From Gemmatimonadota bacterium (lineage in GTDB: Bacteria; Gemmatimonadota; Gemmatimonadetes; Gemmatimonadales; Gemmatimonadaceae), in contig JANMLN010000151.1 in NCBI GenBank assembly GCA_031372565.1, forward strand, positions 13,128 through 77,127: a stretch of 64,000 bases of DNA. Reading direction: 5' to 3'. The translations under genes were made by a program, and so were the position numbers. Under the pieces are notes generated by a model. That model saw only the letters and a program-made list of their open reading frames with translations. It ran no database searches and was not told the origin of the DNA. Shown here piece after piece: positions 19,001-29,125 of the stretch (position 1 is its first letter; the number at the start of each line of letters is the position of its first letter).

Positions 19001-20721
19001 CTGCTCCCACCGCGCACGATCCGTTCGACTGCGACGTGCTTGTCGTTGGCTCTGGCGCTGCCGGTCTCGCGGCGGCCGTGAAGGCGGCATCCGATGGACT
19101 CACCGTGACCGTGCTCGAGAAGTCGGAGTACTTCGGCGGCTCCACCTGCTACTCGGCCGGGATGGTCTGGATTCCGGCGAATCGTCAGGCCCAGGCCGCC
19201 GGCATCGTCGATAGTCCCGACGCCGCGTTCGCATACCTGGAAGCCGAGGGGGGCGAGCGGCTCCAGCGCGAGGCGGCGCGCGTCTATGTCGATCACGCCG
19301 CCGACATCATGGGATGGTACGAGGACAACACGCACGTGAAGTTCGCCCTCTCCGCCGCGTGGCCCGACTATCATCCCGCCTTTCCCGGCAGCTGCCCGGG
19401 CGGTCGCGCCCTCGGTCCCATGCCATTCGACGGACGCACGCTGGGCGCGCGTTTCGCCGAGCTTCGTCCGCCGCTCGCCACGACGATGCTCTTCGGTGGC
19501 ATGATGGTCGGGCGCGAAGACCTGACCAAGTTCTACACGATCCTCAAGTCGTGGTCGTCCTTCGTGCACGTCGGCAAGCTGTTCGCACGCTTCTGCGTTG
19601 ATCGCCTGAGCTACCCGCGCGGCACCCGGCTCTCGAACGGCAATGCGCTCATTGCCGCCTTGGCCCGGTCCGCACTGGAGCGCGGCGTGGTGATCCTCAC
19701 CCAGTCGCCGATGACCGACGTCGTACTCGAGAACGGTCGCGTCACCGGCGTGAAGGTGAAGACCCGAACGAGAGAACGCGTGGCCCGTGCGCGTCGTGGC
19801 GTCCTGTTCGCGAGTGGCGGATTTCCGGCCAACGACGCGATCAAGCGCCGCTTCATGCCGCACCTTGCCGCAGGCAAGAGCCAGCGCACGCTCACGCCGA
19901 GCGCGAATGCCGGCGACGCATTTCTCGTTGGCGAACGGATCTGTATCGACGTGGTCGCGGACCAGACAAGTCCCGTGTCCTGGACCCCCGTGTCGCTCAT
20001 GCCGCAACCGGACGGATCGACGATTCCATTCCCGCATTTCAACGATCGTGGCAAGGCCGGCTACATCGCGGTCGACAAGCGCGGCAAGCGATTCATCAGC
20101 GAAGCGCGCTCGTATCATGACTTCTGCCCGGCCATGATAAAGGCATGCGCGAACGATCCCGACGTCTTCTGCTGGGTGATCTGTGATGATCGCGCCGTCC
20201 ACCAGTACGGGCTCGGCGCAGCCCCGCCTCCACCGGGACGGCTCGATCCGCATGTGCGCTCGGGCTACATCAAGCGTGCACCGACGCTCGCCGCACTGGC
20301 CGAGCAGTGCGGTATCGATGCTGGCGGCTTGAAGGCGACGGTGGACCGTTGGAACGCGGGCGCCGCGCGTGGGATCGACGAAGAGTTCGGCAAGGGCACG
20401 GATGTGTACGAACGGTTCAATGGCTCCATCGGCCAGAAGCCGAATCCCTGCGTGGCCCCGATCACGACCGGTCCCTTCTGGGCGATCCGACTGATCCCCG
20501 GTGACCTGGGGAGCTTCGCAGGACTGCGGGCCGACGCGTCGGCGCGAGCGCTCGACACGAACGGCGGGGTGGTCGACGGTCTCTACATCGCCGGCAACGA
20601 CGCGGGCGCCTTCATGGCGGGCACCTATCCGGGCGCCGGCACGTCGATCGGGCCGGCGATGGTCTTCGGTTACGTGGCGGCCACGCACATGGCTGCCAAG
20701 GCCAGCGGAGGCACGGCATGA
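18997..20721 (+). CDS. FAD-dependent oxidoreductase, FAD_binding_2 (3-ketosteroid dehydrogenase-like)
   Basis: VVGSGAAG, GGSTCYSAGMVWIP, ASGGF, GKRFISE, GLYIAGND, YPGAGTSIGPAMVFGY; ATGA overlap. Confidence 0.88.
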   Translation: MTAPTAHDPFDCDVLVVGSGAAGLAAAVKAASDGLTVTVLEKSEYFGGSTCYSAGMVWIPANRQAQAAGIVDSPDAAFAYLEAEGGERLQREAARVYVDHAADIMGWYEDNTHVKFALSAAWPDYHPAFPGSCPGGRALGPMPFDGRTLGARFAELRPPLATTMLFGGMMVGREDLTKFYTILKSWSSFVHVGKLFARFCVDRLSYPRGTRLSNGNALIAALARSALERGVVILTQSPMTDVVLENGRVTGVKVKTRTRERVARARRGVLFASGGFPANDAIKRRFMPHLAAGKSQRTLTPSANAGDAFLVGERICIDVVADQTSPVSWTPVSLMPQPDGSTIPFPHFNDRGKAGYIAVDKRGKRFISEARSYHDFCPAMIKACANDPDVFCWVICDDRAVHQYGLGAAPPPPGRLDPHVRSGYIKRAPTLAALAEQCGIDAGGLKATVDRWNAGAARGIDEEFGKGTDVYERFNGSIGQKPNPCVAPITTGPFWAIRLIPGDLGSFAGLRADASARALDTNGGVVDGLYIAGNDAGAFMAGTYPGAGTSIGPAMVFGYVAATHMAAKASGGTA

Positions 20722-22088
20722 CCAGCACGCTCACCCCGGAGCAGCGCGATCGGCAGTCGTTGCTGCACCCGCTCACGATGGTGGGCGATTATGCGGCTGG
20801 GAACACGACGCACCGGATCATCGCCAGGGGCGAGGGGGTGCGCGTCATCGACGCGACCGGGCGTTCGGTCATCGACGGGTTCTCCGGGCTCTACTGTGTC
20901 AACGTCGGCTACGGTCGGGACGAGATCGTCGATGCGATGGCCACGCAGTCGCGACAGCTCGCGTTCTACCATGTGTTCGCCGGTGCGACGCACGAGCCCG
21001 CCATCACGCTCGGCGCCAAGCTGCTCGAGCTTGCCGGACCACGCATGAAGCGTGTCTTCTTCGGCCTGTCGGGCTCCGACGCCAACGAAACGCAGCTCAA
21101 GCTGGTCTGGTACACCAACAACATCCTGGGCAAGCCGGCCAAGAAGAAGATCATCGCGCGCAAGCGCGGCTACCATGGCGCCACCGTGATGTCGGGGAGC
21201 CTCACCGGGCTCTCGTTGTATCACGAGGGCTTCGACCTGCCCTTCGACTTGGTGAAGCACACGACCGCGCCCGATCCCTTCTGGGCCGACGAGACCGATC
21301 CTGCCGCCTTCGCGCAGCGCTGTGCCGACGATCTCGACCGACTGATCATCGCCGAGGGGCCGGATACGGTGGGCGCGTTCATCGCGGAGCCGCTGATCGG
21401 TACCGGTGGTATCGTTCCGCCTCCGCCCGGGTACTGGGCAGCGATCCAGGCCGTCCTGCGACAGCATGATGTGCTGCTCATTCTCGATGAAGTGATCACG
21501 GCGTTCGGGCGAGTGGGGGCGATGTTCGGCAGCGCGCTGTACGGGATCGAGCCGGATCTCGTGACCGTGGCCAAGGGGCTCACAAGCGGCTACGCACCGC
21601 TGTCGGCGGTGCTCGTGGGCGAGCGCGTGTGGGAGGCGTTGCAGGCGGGGGGCGAGAAGCATGGCATCTTCGGACACGGCTACACCTACTCGGCGCATCC
21701 CGCGTGCGCGGCAGCGGCGCTCGCCAACATTGCCATCATCGAGCGTGAGCAGCTCTGCGACAATGCGCGCGATGTCGGCGCGTACCTCCGAGACGGGTTG
21801 CAGGCTCGGCTTGGTGGCCATGCGCACGTCGGCGAGATTCGCGGCGAGGGGATGCTCGCCGCCGTCGAGTTCGTGGCTGACCGGGCCGCACGGCGCGCGC
21901 TCCCGAAGAGCGCCAAGTTCTCGCAACGCGTGTCGGCGCTCTGTCTGGAAGAAGGGGTGCTCGCGCGGCCGATGCCCGTGAACGACATCATCGGCCTGGC
22001 GCCGCCGCTCATCCTCACGCGCGGCGATGCCGACCTGATCGTCGGCATGGTGGGTCGTGCCGTGGATCGCGCCACCGCGGAGCTGTGA
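20718..22088 (+). CDS. aminotransferase class III (omega-amino acid/amine type)
   Basis: GLYCVNVGYGR, SGSDANET, GYHG, FIAEP..GTGG, DEVITAFGR, AKGLTSGY.P, HGYTYSAHP; ATGA overlap. Confidence 0.93.
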   Translation: MTSTLTPEQRDRQSLLHPLTMVGDYAAGNTTHRIIARGEGVRVIDATGRSVIDGFSGLYCVNVGYGRDEIVDAMATQSRQLAFYHVFAGATHEPAITLGAKLLELAGPRMKRVFFGLSGSDANETQLKLVWYTNNILGKPAKKKIIARKRGYHGATVMSGSLTGLSLYHEGFDLPFDLVKHTTAPDPFWADETDPAAFAQRCADDLDRLIIAEGPDTVGAFIAEPLIGTGGIVPPPPGYWAAIQAVLRQHDVLLILDEVITAFGRVGAMFGSALYGIEPDLVTVAKGLTSGYAPLSAVLVGERVWEALQAGGEKHGIFGHGYTYSAHPACAAAALANIAIIEREQLCDNARDVGAYLRDGLQARLGGHAHVGEIRGEGMLAAVEFVADRAARRALPKSAKFSQRVSALCLEEGVLARPMPVNDIIGLAPPLILTRGDADLIVGMVGRAVDRATAEL

Positions 22089-22092
22089 CCGG

Positions 22093-22986
22093 ATGCGCTA
22101 CGCGTTCCACACCTGCGACGTCTTCACCGACACGCGCTTCGGCGGCAACCAGCTGGCGGTCTTTCCGCATGCCGAGGGGCTCACTGACGAGCAGATGCAG
22201 CAGATCGCGCGCGAGTTCAACATCGCGGAGACATCGTTCGTTCTCCCGGGCAGCGGTGCGTTCACGCGGCGCGTCCGGATCTTCACGCCGACCGTCGAAG
22301 TGCCGTTCGCGGGTCATCCGAACGTGGGCACCGCCGCAATCCTCGCCATGCGTGGCGACCTCGGGACCTTCGGTGACACGTTGGACGTGGTGTTCGACGA
22401 GCGTGCCGGGCCGGTGCCGATCACGATCAGACGGCGCGCCAATGCGAGGTTCCGCTGCGATCTGACTGCACCGGAGCGCCTGTCCATCGGTGGCTCGGCA
22501 TCGGTGGAGGCCGTGGCCGCGGCGGCATCGGTGAGCGCCGCCGCCGTGCTGACCACCACGCATGCGCCCGTGAGCGCCTCGGTCGGACTGGGCTTCCTCA
22601 TGGCCGAGTTGCGTGACGTGGCCACGCTGCAACGCGCGCGTCCAGACATCACCGGCCTGATGCAGCTGGCCGAGCTCGGGCATCCGTACCTGCACTGCTA
22701 CGTGCGGAGCGGCGATGACTTCGACCTGCGCGCGCGACAGTTCTCCGCGGCAGATCCGAACATGGAGGATCCTGCGACCGGAAGCGCCAACGCTGCGCTG
22801 GCCGCGCTGCTCGCGCACCACGATGGGCGCGCGGATGGCGACTTCGCATGGCGCATTGCGCAGGGCATCGAGATGGGACGGCCCAGCGTGCTCGAGGCAC
22901 GCGCCGAGAAGCGACGTGGCGTGGTCACGATCGTCACGATCGGCGGCGAGACCGTGCCGGTCACCGAAGGCTTCCTCGAACTCTGA
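22093..22986 (+). CDS. PhzF family isomerase/epimerase
   Basis: DVFT...FGGNQLAV, IAREFNIAETSF, RIFTP..EVPFAGHP, EDPATGSA, QGIEMGRPS. Confidence 0.93.
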   Translation: MRYAFHTCDVFTDTRFGGNQLAVFPHAEGLTDEQMQQIAREFNIAETSFVLPGSGAFTRRVRIFTPTVEVPFAGHPNVGTAAILAMRGDLGTFGDTLDVVFDERAGPVPITIRRRANARFRCDLTAPERLSIGGSASVEAVAAAASVSAAAVLTTTHAPVSASVGLGFLMAELRDVATLQRARPDITGLMQLAELGHPYLHCYVRSGDDFDLRARQFSAADPNMEDPATGSANAALAALLAHHDGRADGDFAWRIAQGIEMGRPSVLEARAEKRRGVVTIVTIGGETVPVTEGFLEL

Positions 22987-22994
22987 CGGTATCC

Positions 22995-24317
22995 ATGACG
23001 CGTACAGAGGCTCCCATGCAGGCGCCGGCAACGAGTGGTGGCGCGCTCAAGCGCGAGATCGGCGTGCTGGGTGTGGCGAGCGTGACCATCAACATCATCA
23101 TGGGATCGGGATTGTTCGTCGTTCCGGCGTTGATGGGCGTCGTCGGTGCATGGGCGCCGGGCGTGATCGCGCTCTGCGCGCTGGTCATGGGCGCCGTGGC
23201 GCTCTGCTTCGCGGAGGCGTCGAGTCGCGTGCCGCAGGCTGGTGGCGTGTACGGCTTCGTGCGCGAGGCGATGGGACCGATGGCCGGCACCGCGGTCGGA
23301 GGCATGGTGTGGCTGTCCGGTACGCTGGCGGCGGCAGGCATTCTCGCGGCGGCCATCGATCAGCTGGCGCCGTTCGCGCCTGTCATGGGCCAGCCGGTCG
23401 CGCGGGCGGTGAGCATTGTCGGGTTCTGCACGCTGGCGGCTTTCATGGCGCTGCGCGGGGCGCGGCAGAGCGCTCGCGCCATCGAGGTGACGATGGCGCT
23501 CAAGTTGACGCCGCTCGTGCTGTTCATCGTGTTCGTGGCGTTCACCCCCGCCGCACCTGCGCCGCCACCCGCCACGGTGACGGCGGCGACGATCGGACCG
23601 CTGCTGATCCTCGGCATCTACCTCTGTGCGGGACTCGAGGGTGCGACGGTCATGAACGGCGAAGTGCGTGATCCGACGCGCACCGTACCCGCTGGGCTCT
23701 TTGCTGCGCTCGGCGTGTTCGCGGCGGTTGCCATCGCGATCCAACTGGCCGCAGGGCACGCGCTCGGCGCAGAGCTCGCCACGTCCAAGGCGCCGCTCGT
23801 GGCAGCGGCTGCGCGCGTGGGGCCGTGGTTGCCGCCGGTCATGGCGGTGGGTGCGATCGTCTCGATGCTCGGATGTGCGGCCGGGCTCGCTGTTGCGAAC
23901 CCCCGCACCCTGTACGCGCTGGCCACGGACGGCTACCTGCCTGGAGCGCTTGCGCGGGTGCATCCGACGCGTGGCACGCCCACGATCGCGATCGTCCTTC
24001 AGGCCGTGATCGTCGCGAGCATGGCGATTGCCGGTGAGTTCCGCCCGCTGACCATCGCGGCGTCACTCGCATCGATGGCATGCTACGTCTTCGGTTGCAT
24101 TGCCGTACTGGTGCTGCGGCGCCGTGGTATCCAGCAGATGGGCAACGTCACAGCGTGGCGCATCACACCGGTGGCGGCAGTCGTTGCCATCGCAGCAAAC
24201 CTCGCGATCATCGGCAGCGCGAAGGGGCCGGAGATTGGCGCCTTGGCCATCGCGCTGGCCTTGTCGGCGTCGTTGGGCCTCCTGCCGCGGCGCGCGGCCA
24301 TGGTGCGGGCTGCATGA
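22995..24317 (+). CDS. APC family amino acid/polyamine permease
   Basis: LKREIG, IMGSGLF, FAE.SSRVP.AGGVY, GEVRDP.RTVP, PR.LYALA.DG.LP; about 12 TM segments. Confidence 0.9.
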   Translation: MTRTEAPMQAPATSGGALKREIGVLGVASVTINIIMGSGLFVVPALMGVVGAWAPGVIALCALVMGAVALCFAEASSRVPQAGGVYGFVREAMGPMAGTAVGGMVWLSGTLAAAGILAAAIDQLAPFAPVMGQPVARAVSIVGFCTLAAFMALRGARQSARAIEVTMALKLTPLVLFIVFVAFTPAAPAPPPATVTAATIGPLLILGIYLCAGLEGATVMNGEVRDPTRTVPAGLFAALGVFAAVAIAIQLAAGHALGAELATSKAPLVAAAARVGPWLPPVMAVGAIVSMLGCAAGLAVANPRTLYALATDGYLPGALARVHPTRGTPTIAIVLQAVIVASMAIAGEFRPLTIAASLASMACYVFGCIAVLVLRRRGIQQMGNVTAWRITPVAAVVAIAANLAIIGSAKGPEIGALAIALALSASLGLLPRRAAMVRAA

Positions 24318-26371
24318 GCACGTCCGAGCTGCGCGTCGATGCGCTGCCAGCGCTCTACACCGACGCGACGACTGTCGCGCCAGGTAACATGGTGCAGGTG
24401 ATGGCCAGCGGAGACGGTGACGCGCGCCTGAGTCTCGTGCGACTGCGGGGGCTCGTCGGCAGCACGATGCCGACGGCGTACGTCGAGGAGAGCGTCGTTC
24501 CGGCCACGACGGTACGGCTCGAGGTGCGCGAGGTCCCCATGGGATCGTACGCGTTCACCGAGGCCGGTCCGCATGTCGAGCACGGCACGTCGTGGAGCTG
24601 GACGCTCCGCATCTTGCCCACGCTCGTGGACCGCGGCGAGCTGCTGCACTGGGGTGATGATGGGCCCAGGCTCGCCGTGAGGGATGGTCGGCTCGAGGCC
24701 AGGTGGGGTGACGTGCCGATCTCCGTTCCGTTGGCAAAGGGGTACTGGCACGAGGTGACGCTGGGATGGGAGCCCGGGGACGGGCTTGGTCTCGCGGTGC
24801 GTCCGGTAGGCGACGGCGCGTGGCATCGAACGGCGTCCGCGCGGCACGGACCCGCACCGTCTCGCTCGATCAGCGGCGCACTGCACATCGGGCGCGGGTT
24901 CAACGGCAAGATCGAGGCGCCGACGTTGCGTGTGGATGGAGCGGTGGTGGCCGCGTGGGACTTCGCGAGCGAGATGACGCGGCAGCACGCGCACGGAACA
25001 GGGCCTGCGGCGTCGCGGCTGTCGCTCGTGAACGCGCCACGCCGCGCCGTCACGTCGTCCGAATGGGACGGGACCGCGCACGATTGGACGCAACGGCCCG
25101 CCCACTACGCGGCCATCCACTTCCATGACGATGACCTGGCCGACTGCGCGTGGCCGGTGAGCGCAGAGATCGCGATCCCGGCGCACCTGCCGAGTGGCAT
25201 CTACGCCGTGCGGATCGATACGGCGCTCGGCACTGCCCATGCGCCGCTCTTTGTCCGCTCGGTGCGGCCGGCGAAGGTCGTCTTCGTCGCGTCGACATTC
25301 TCGTATCTGGCGTACACGAACAGCGTGTGGGCATCGCCAACCGGCGACGCGCAGGCGCTCGCATATCCGCGTGATGCGGGGCTCGCGCGACGATACGGGC
25401 TCTCGATGTACTGTCGCCATCGCGATGGGGGTGGGATCGGTCTCGTGTCCATGCGACGCCCCATGCTGCATGCCACCCCGGGCTTCCTCGGCGAGTCGCA
25501 CGGTGGCCAGGTCGCCCTGAACGATGACCTCCGGATCATCGCGTGGCTCGACCGGGTCGGCCTTGCCCATGACGTCGTGACCGATCACGACTTGCATACG
25601 CGCGGACGTGCGGCGCTCGATGGCTACGATGTGATAGTCACGGGAGCGCACCCCGAGTACCAGAGCACCGAGTCGTTCGATGCGACCGAGGCGTTCGTTG
25701 CACGTGGCGGGCGGCTCATGTACATGGGCGGCAACGGCTTCTACTGGCGTGTGTCCACCCTGCCTGACGCACCGCATGTCATGGAACTGCGGCGCGCGGA
25801 GGGGGGAGTCCGCATCTGGTGCGAGCCGGTCGGGGAGTATCACCACCAGTCCGATGGTGGGCTTGGCGGGTTGTGGCGGCGGATCGGACGTGCGCCCAAC
25901 CGGTTGCTCGGCGTGGGTTTCAGTGCGCAGGGGAGCGAAGCGGAAACGCGACCGTACGTGCTCACGACCGCGGCCCGTGATCCCCGCGTGGCGTTTGCGC
26001 TGGACGGGGTTGTGGGAGACGAAATCGGGCGGGCAGGGCCGCTTGGTGCGGCGGCCGGCTACGAGACCGATCGAGCGGACGTCGCGCTGGGCACGCCGCC
26101 GCACGCGCTCGTGATTGCACGGTCGACCCCATTCGGCCCGGAGACGCATCCGGTGAACGAGGAGCGACTGACGCACCAATGGGTCGAGGCCGACGATCCG
26201 TTGCGGGCCGACATGACGTTCTACGAGGGGCCGAACGGCGGTGCCGTGTTCGCGACGGGATCGCTGCTCTTCGCGCTCACACTGACGGAAGCCGACGGCG
26301 CGGCGCGGCTCTGCGTGAACGTGCTGCGCCGGTTCGCGGATCCGGCACCGTTCATCATGCCGACGAGCTGA
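24314..26371 (+). CDS. N,N-dimethylformamidase beta (large) subunit family protein
   Basis: HFHDDDL, SGIYA, SYLAY.N, GLSMY..H.DG.G, MRRP, TDHDLH, HPEY, YMGGNGFYW, ELRR, GGLWR, AAGYETD, GAVFATGS; ATGA overlap. Confidence 0.88.
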   Translation: MSTSELRVDALPALYTDATTVAPGNMVQVMASGDGDARLSLVRLRGLVGSTMPTAYVEESVVPATTVRLEVREVPMGSYAFTEAGPHVEHGTSWSWTLRILPTLVDRGELLHWGDDGPRLAVRDGRLEARWGDVPISVPLAKGYWHEVTLGWEPGDGLGLAVRPVGDGAWHRTASARHGPAPSRSISGALHIGRGFNGKIEAPTLRVDGAVVAAWDFASEMTRQHAHGTGPAASRLSLVNAPRRAVTSSEWDGTAHDWTQRPAHYAAIHFHDDDLADCAWPVSAEIAIPAHLPSGIYAVRIDTALGTAHAPLFVRSVRPAKVVFVASTFSYLAYTNSVWASPTGDAQALAYPRDAGLARRYGLSMYCRHRDGGGIGLVSMRRPMLHATPGFLGESHGGQVALNDDLRIIAWLDRVGLAHDVVTDHDLHTRGRAALDGYDVIVTGAHPEYQSTESFDATEAFVARGGRLMYMGGNGFYWRVSTLPDAPHVMELRRAEGGVRIWCEPVGEYHHQSDGGLGGLWRRIGRAPNRLLGVGFSAQGSEAETRPYVLTTAARDPRVAFALDGVVGDEIGRAGPLGAAAGYETDRADVALGTPPHALVIARSTPFGPETHPVNEERLTHQWVEADDPLRADMTFYEGPNGGAVFATGSLLFALTLTEADGAARLCVNVLRRFADPAPFIMPTS

Positions 26372-26631
26372 GGCTCACCGGCGTCGCCGAGCGCCGGCCT
26401 GCTCCCGCCACGAGTGCCGACGCCGCACCCGCAAGGTGGGCGTACTCCCAACGGGCGATGGCACAAGTCCTCGGGCGGCCGTACGCTCCGACATGCCGAT
26501 GACTGCCCGCACCTGCCCTCGCTCGCGGAGCCCGGCATCAGCAACGGCATGACTGATCTGACGGCACTGCGCGCCGGGCAGCAGGCCAAGCGCGTGCTCG
26601 GTTCACCCATCCCCCATATCGGACACCTCCC

Positions 26632-27312
26632 ATGAGCACGAATCTCACTCTGATGCGTCGCCCGCTCTTCGCGACCGCTCTCCTTGGCACGGCCCTCGTC
26701 TCACTGGGCGGCTGCGCGGCGATGAGCAACAACCCGAACAAGACGAAAGGCGGCGCGATTGGCGCCGCAACCGGCGCGGGAGTCGGCGCGATCATCGGCA
26801 ACAACACGGGCTCGACCGCGCGTGGCGCGATCATCGGCGCCGTGGTCGGTGGCGCCGCCGGTGTGATCATCGGCAACCAGATGGATCAGCAGGCGAAGGA
26901 ACTCCGTCTCAACATTCCGGGAGCGACCGTCGAGCGTGTGGGCGAAGGGATCAACGTCACCTTCGCGTCGGGCCTGCTGTTCGACACGGATCGGGACGTG
27001 ATCAATCCGGGGGCGCAGGCCAACCTGCGCAATCTCGTGGCGAGCATCACCAAGTGGCCGAACACGGCACTCATGATCGTCGGGCATACCGATGCCCAGG
27101 GGACGACCGAGCACAATCAGATGCTCTCGCAGCGTCGTGCGGATGCAGCGGCGCTGTTCCTGCAGCAGGAGAACGTGAACGGCAACCGCCTGCGGACGGC
27201 GGGGCGCGGCGAGATGGAACCAGTGGCGAGCAATGACACCGAGTCTGGTCGGTCGCGCAACCGCCGTATCGAGGTGGCGATCTATTCGAACGCGGCGGCG
27301 ATGGACAAGTAG
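26632..27312 (+). CDS. OmpA family lipoprotein with glycine zipper (YiaD-like)
   Basis: LGGC lipobox, GAIGAATGAGVGAIIG zipper, MDQQAKEL, GHTDAQG, LSQRRA, RNRRIE. Confidence 0.93.
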   Translation: MSTNLTLMRRPLFATALLGTALVSLGGCAAMSNNPNKTKGGAIGAATGAGVGAIIGNNTGSTARGAIIGAVVGGAAGVIIGNQMDQQAKELRLNIPGATVERVGEGINVTFASGLLFDTDRDVINPGAQANLRNLVASITKWPNTALMIVGHTDAQGTTEHNQMLSQRRADAAALFLQQENVNGNRLRTAGRGEMEPVASNDTESGRSRNRRIEVAIYSNAAAMDK

Positions 27313-27347
27313 GCGCTACCGCCGGATGCACGAGTGCGTCGTGTGGC

Positions 27348-28412
27348 TCAAGGCCGCACGGCGCGCTCGCGCCGGGCGTCTGCGCTCCGCAGGAACTCTC
27401 GTACGTCGCGTACGTTGGCGTCGCGTGCATCCCACGTCGTGATGTGCGCGGCGCCCGTGTACAGGACGAAGCGCGCACCGGGGATCATGCGTGCATGCGC
27501 CTCGACCGTCTTCGGGCCGACCTCATCGAACTCGCCTGCGGTGACCAGCACGGGCACGGTGATCGTGGGAAGCGCCGCGGTCTGGTCGTACGCCTTGAGC
27601 GTACCCGTGACCACAAACTCGTAGGCTCCCTGCATGTGGGCGTACTGTTCTGCGCCGAATGTGGCCATGGTGCTGTCGAGATCCGCTGGAGCGGGTGTCC
27701 GCCACACGAATTTCGCATAGAACTCGTCGGAGGCGGCCTTGAACGCGGGCGCGTCGGGGCTGCCACCTGCCTTCCATGCCGCAATCGCCTTCTGCGAGGC
27801 GTCCGAGAGCTGCATCGTCAATGCGGCGGTCTCTCGCGCATAGGCCTTCCAGTCGAACACCGATCCCGCAAACACGATACCTGCCACCCGATCCGGGTGC
27901 GCCTTCCAGTACTCGAGCGCGACGACCGTGCCCCATGACTGGCTGTTGAGATACCACTTGGCGATGCCAAGCGCGCGCCTGAGCGAATCCAGTTCTTCCA
28001 CGAAGCGCGGAATGACCATCAGCGTCGTGTCGGTGAGGCGGTCAGACTTGCCGGCGCCCAGTTGGTCGTACCGGATCACGGGTCGGTCGTCGCCAAGCGC
28101 TTCGAATGGCTTGAGGTAGAAGCTCCCGGCGCCCGGCCCGCCGTGGATGAGCACCATCGGCGTTCCGGTGCCGCTCCCCGACGTCCGGTACCAGATGCGA
28201 CCACCGCGCACGGGCAGCATGGCCTCACCAGGGCCCAGCTGCGTGGGCATGGTGATGGTGGTGGCCGCCTGTGGCTGGGCGGCCGGCTTCGTCTCGCCGC
28301 CGCACGCGACGACGGCGAGCATGAGCACACCGAGAGCACGCTGGCTGACCGGGCGGATGATGCGATGGGTGACGGGACAACACGAGACTGCGGCGCGACG
28401 GTCTCCGCCCAT
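27348..28412 (-). CDS. proline iminopeptidase-family alpha/beta hydrolase, probable lipoprotein (start uncertain)
   Basis: HGGPG, YDQLG.GKS, QSWG nucleophile, GEFDE, AAH; LAVVAC lipobox. Confidence 0.85.
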   Translation of the reverse strand: MGGDRRAAVSCCPVTHRIIRPVSQRALGVLMLAVVACGGETKPAAQPQAATTITMPTQLGPGEAMLPVRGGRIWYRTSGSGTGTPMVLIHGGPGAGSFYLKPFEALGDDRPVIRYDQLGAGKSDRLTDTTLMVIPRFVEELDSLRRALGIAKWYLNSQSWGTVVALEYWKAHPDRVAGIVFAGSVFDWKAYARETAALTMQLSDASQKAIAAWKAGGSPDAPAFKAASDEFYAKFVWRTPAPADLDSTMATFGAEQYAHMQGAYEFVVTGTLKAYDQTAALPTITVPVLVTAGEFDEVGPKTVEAHARMIPGARFVLYTGAAHITTWDARDANVRDVREFLRSADARRERAVRP

Positions 28413-28426
28413 GAGCCGGATCCTCC

Positions 28427-28936
28427 TCAGCGCGACTGACGCGCGCGCGTGAGGTGCGGCACGATGCCGATCATGCGCTGGAGCTGCATGAGCTGTGCGC
28501 GGTGGTGCATCTCGTGCTCCTTCACGCCGAGCAGCATCTCGAAACGCGACTTGGACGACGGGCCCGGCAGGGTGACCATCTCGTCGAGTTGCGCGGCGGT
28601 CATCGCCGCGAGCTTGGTCGCGTACGACTCGCCCCGTTCCTTGAGCGCGGCGACGATCGCGTCCTTGGTCGTGAGCGTGGCCGACGCCGCGCCGATCTGG
28701 CCGAACCAGGCGCCGAACTTCTCGCCGCTGATGTCGTGCAGCTTCTCGACGAAGTGGGCCTGCTCCACCCAGTGCGTCGCGCACGCCATGTGGGCGATCA
28801 TCTGCCCAACCGTCATGGTCTCGCTGGCGACCTGCATGCCGTACTTGTCGGCCGGAATCTCTTCGGCGATCTGGATGGTGTTCGTGCGGACCGTGCGCCA
28901 GCTGGAGGCGAGGTGGGACGCGCTGTAGTTCTGCAT
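28427..28936 (-). CDS. DinB family protein
   Basis: TIQIAEEIP, AHMA, EHEMHHRAQL..LQRMIGIVP. Confidence 0.88.
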   Translation of the reverse strand: MQNYSASHLASSWRTVRTNTIQIAEEIPADKYGMQVASETMTVGQMIAHMACATHWVEQAHFVEKLHDISGEKFGAWFGQIGAASATLTTKDAIVAALKERGESYATKLAAMTAAQLDEMVTLPGPSSKSRFEMLLGVKEHEMHHRAQLMQLQRMIGIVPHLTRARQSR

Positions 28937-29125
28937 CGGAGTGGCGAGCGAGGCGTGAGGCGTGCAGCGAGCGATGACCCACAAACTTCGCACAACCCCC
29001 CGGGCGGCGCGATGGGCAGAGCGGCTCGCTGCCACGCCCGTCGCACCTCGAAAGGGGGCCGGCCGGACGCCTTGATCACGGCCCGCCCCGGTTGTCGCGC
29101 GCGCAGGACGCGCATAGCATCCACG

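Noticed and set aside
18997..20721. Calling the flavoprotein kstD (steroid degradation)
   Set aside because: The similarity is family-level only and no steroid catabolic genes are nearby.
22093..22986. Phenazine biosynthesis
   Set aside because: No phzA/B, D, E or G; stand-alone PhzF homologues are widespread.
26372..26631. Riboswitch/ncRNA or sigma54 promoter upstream of the OmpA gene
   Set aside because: TGGCAC at about 26459 lacks a correctly spaced GC at -12, and I recognise no riboswitch consensus. An Rfam/Infernal scan would be needed to exclude an ncRNA.
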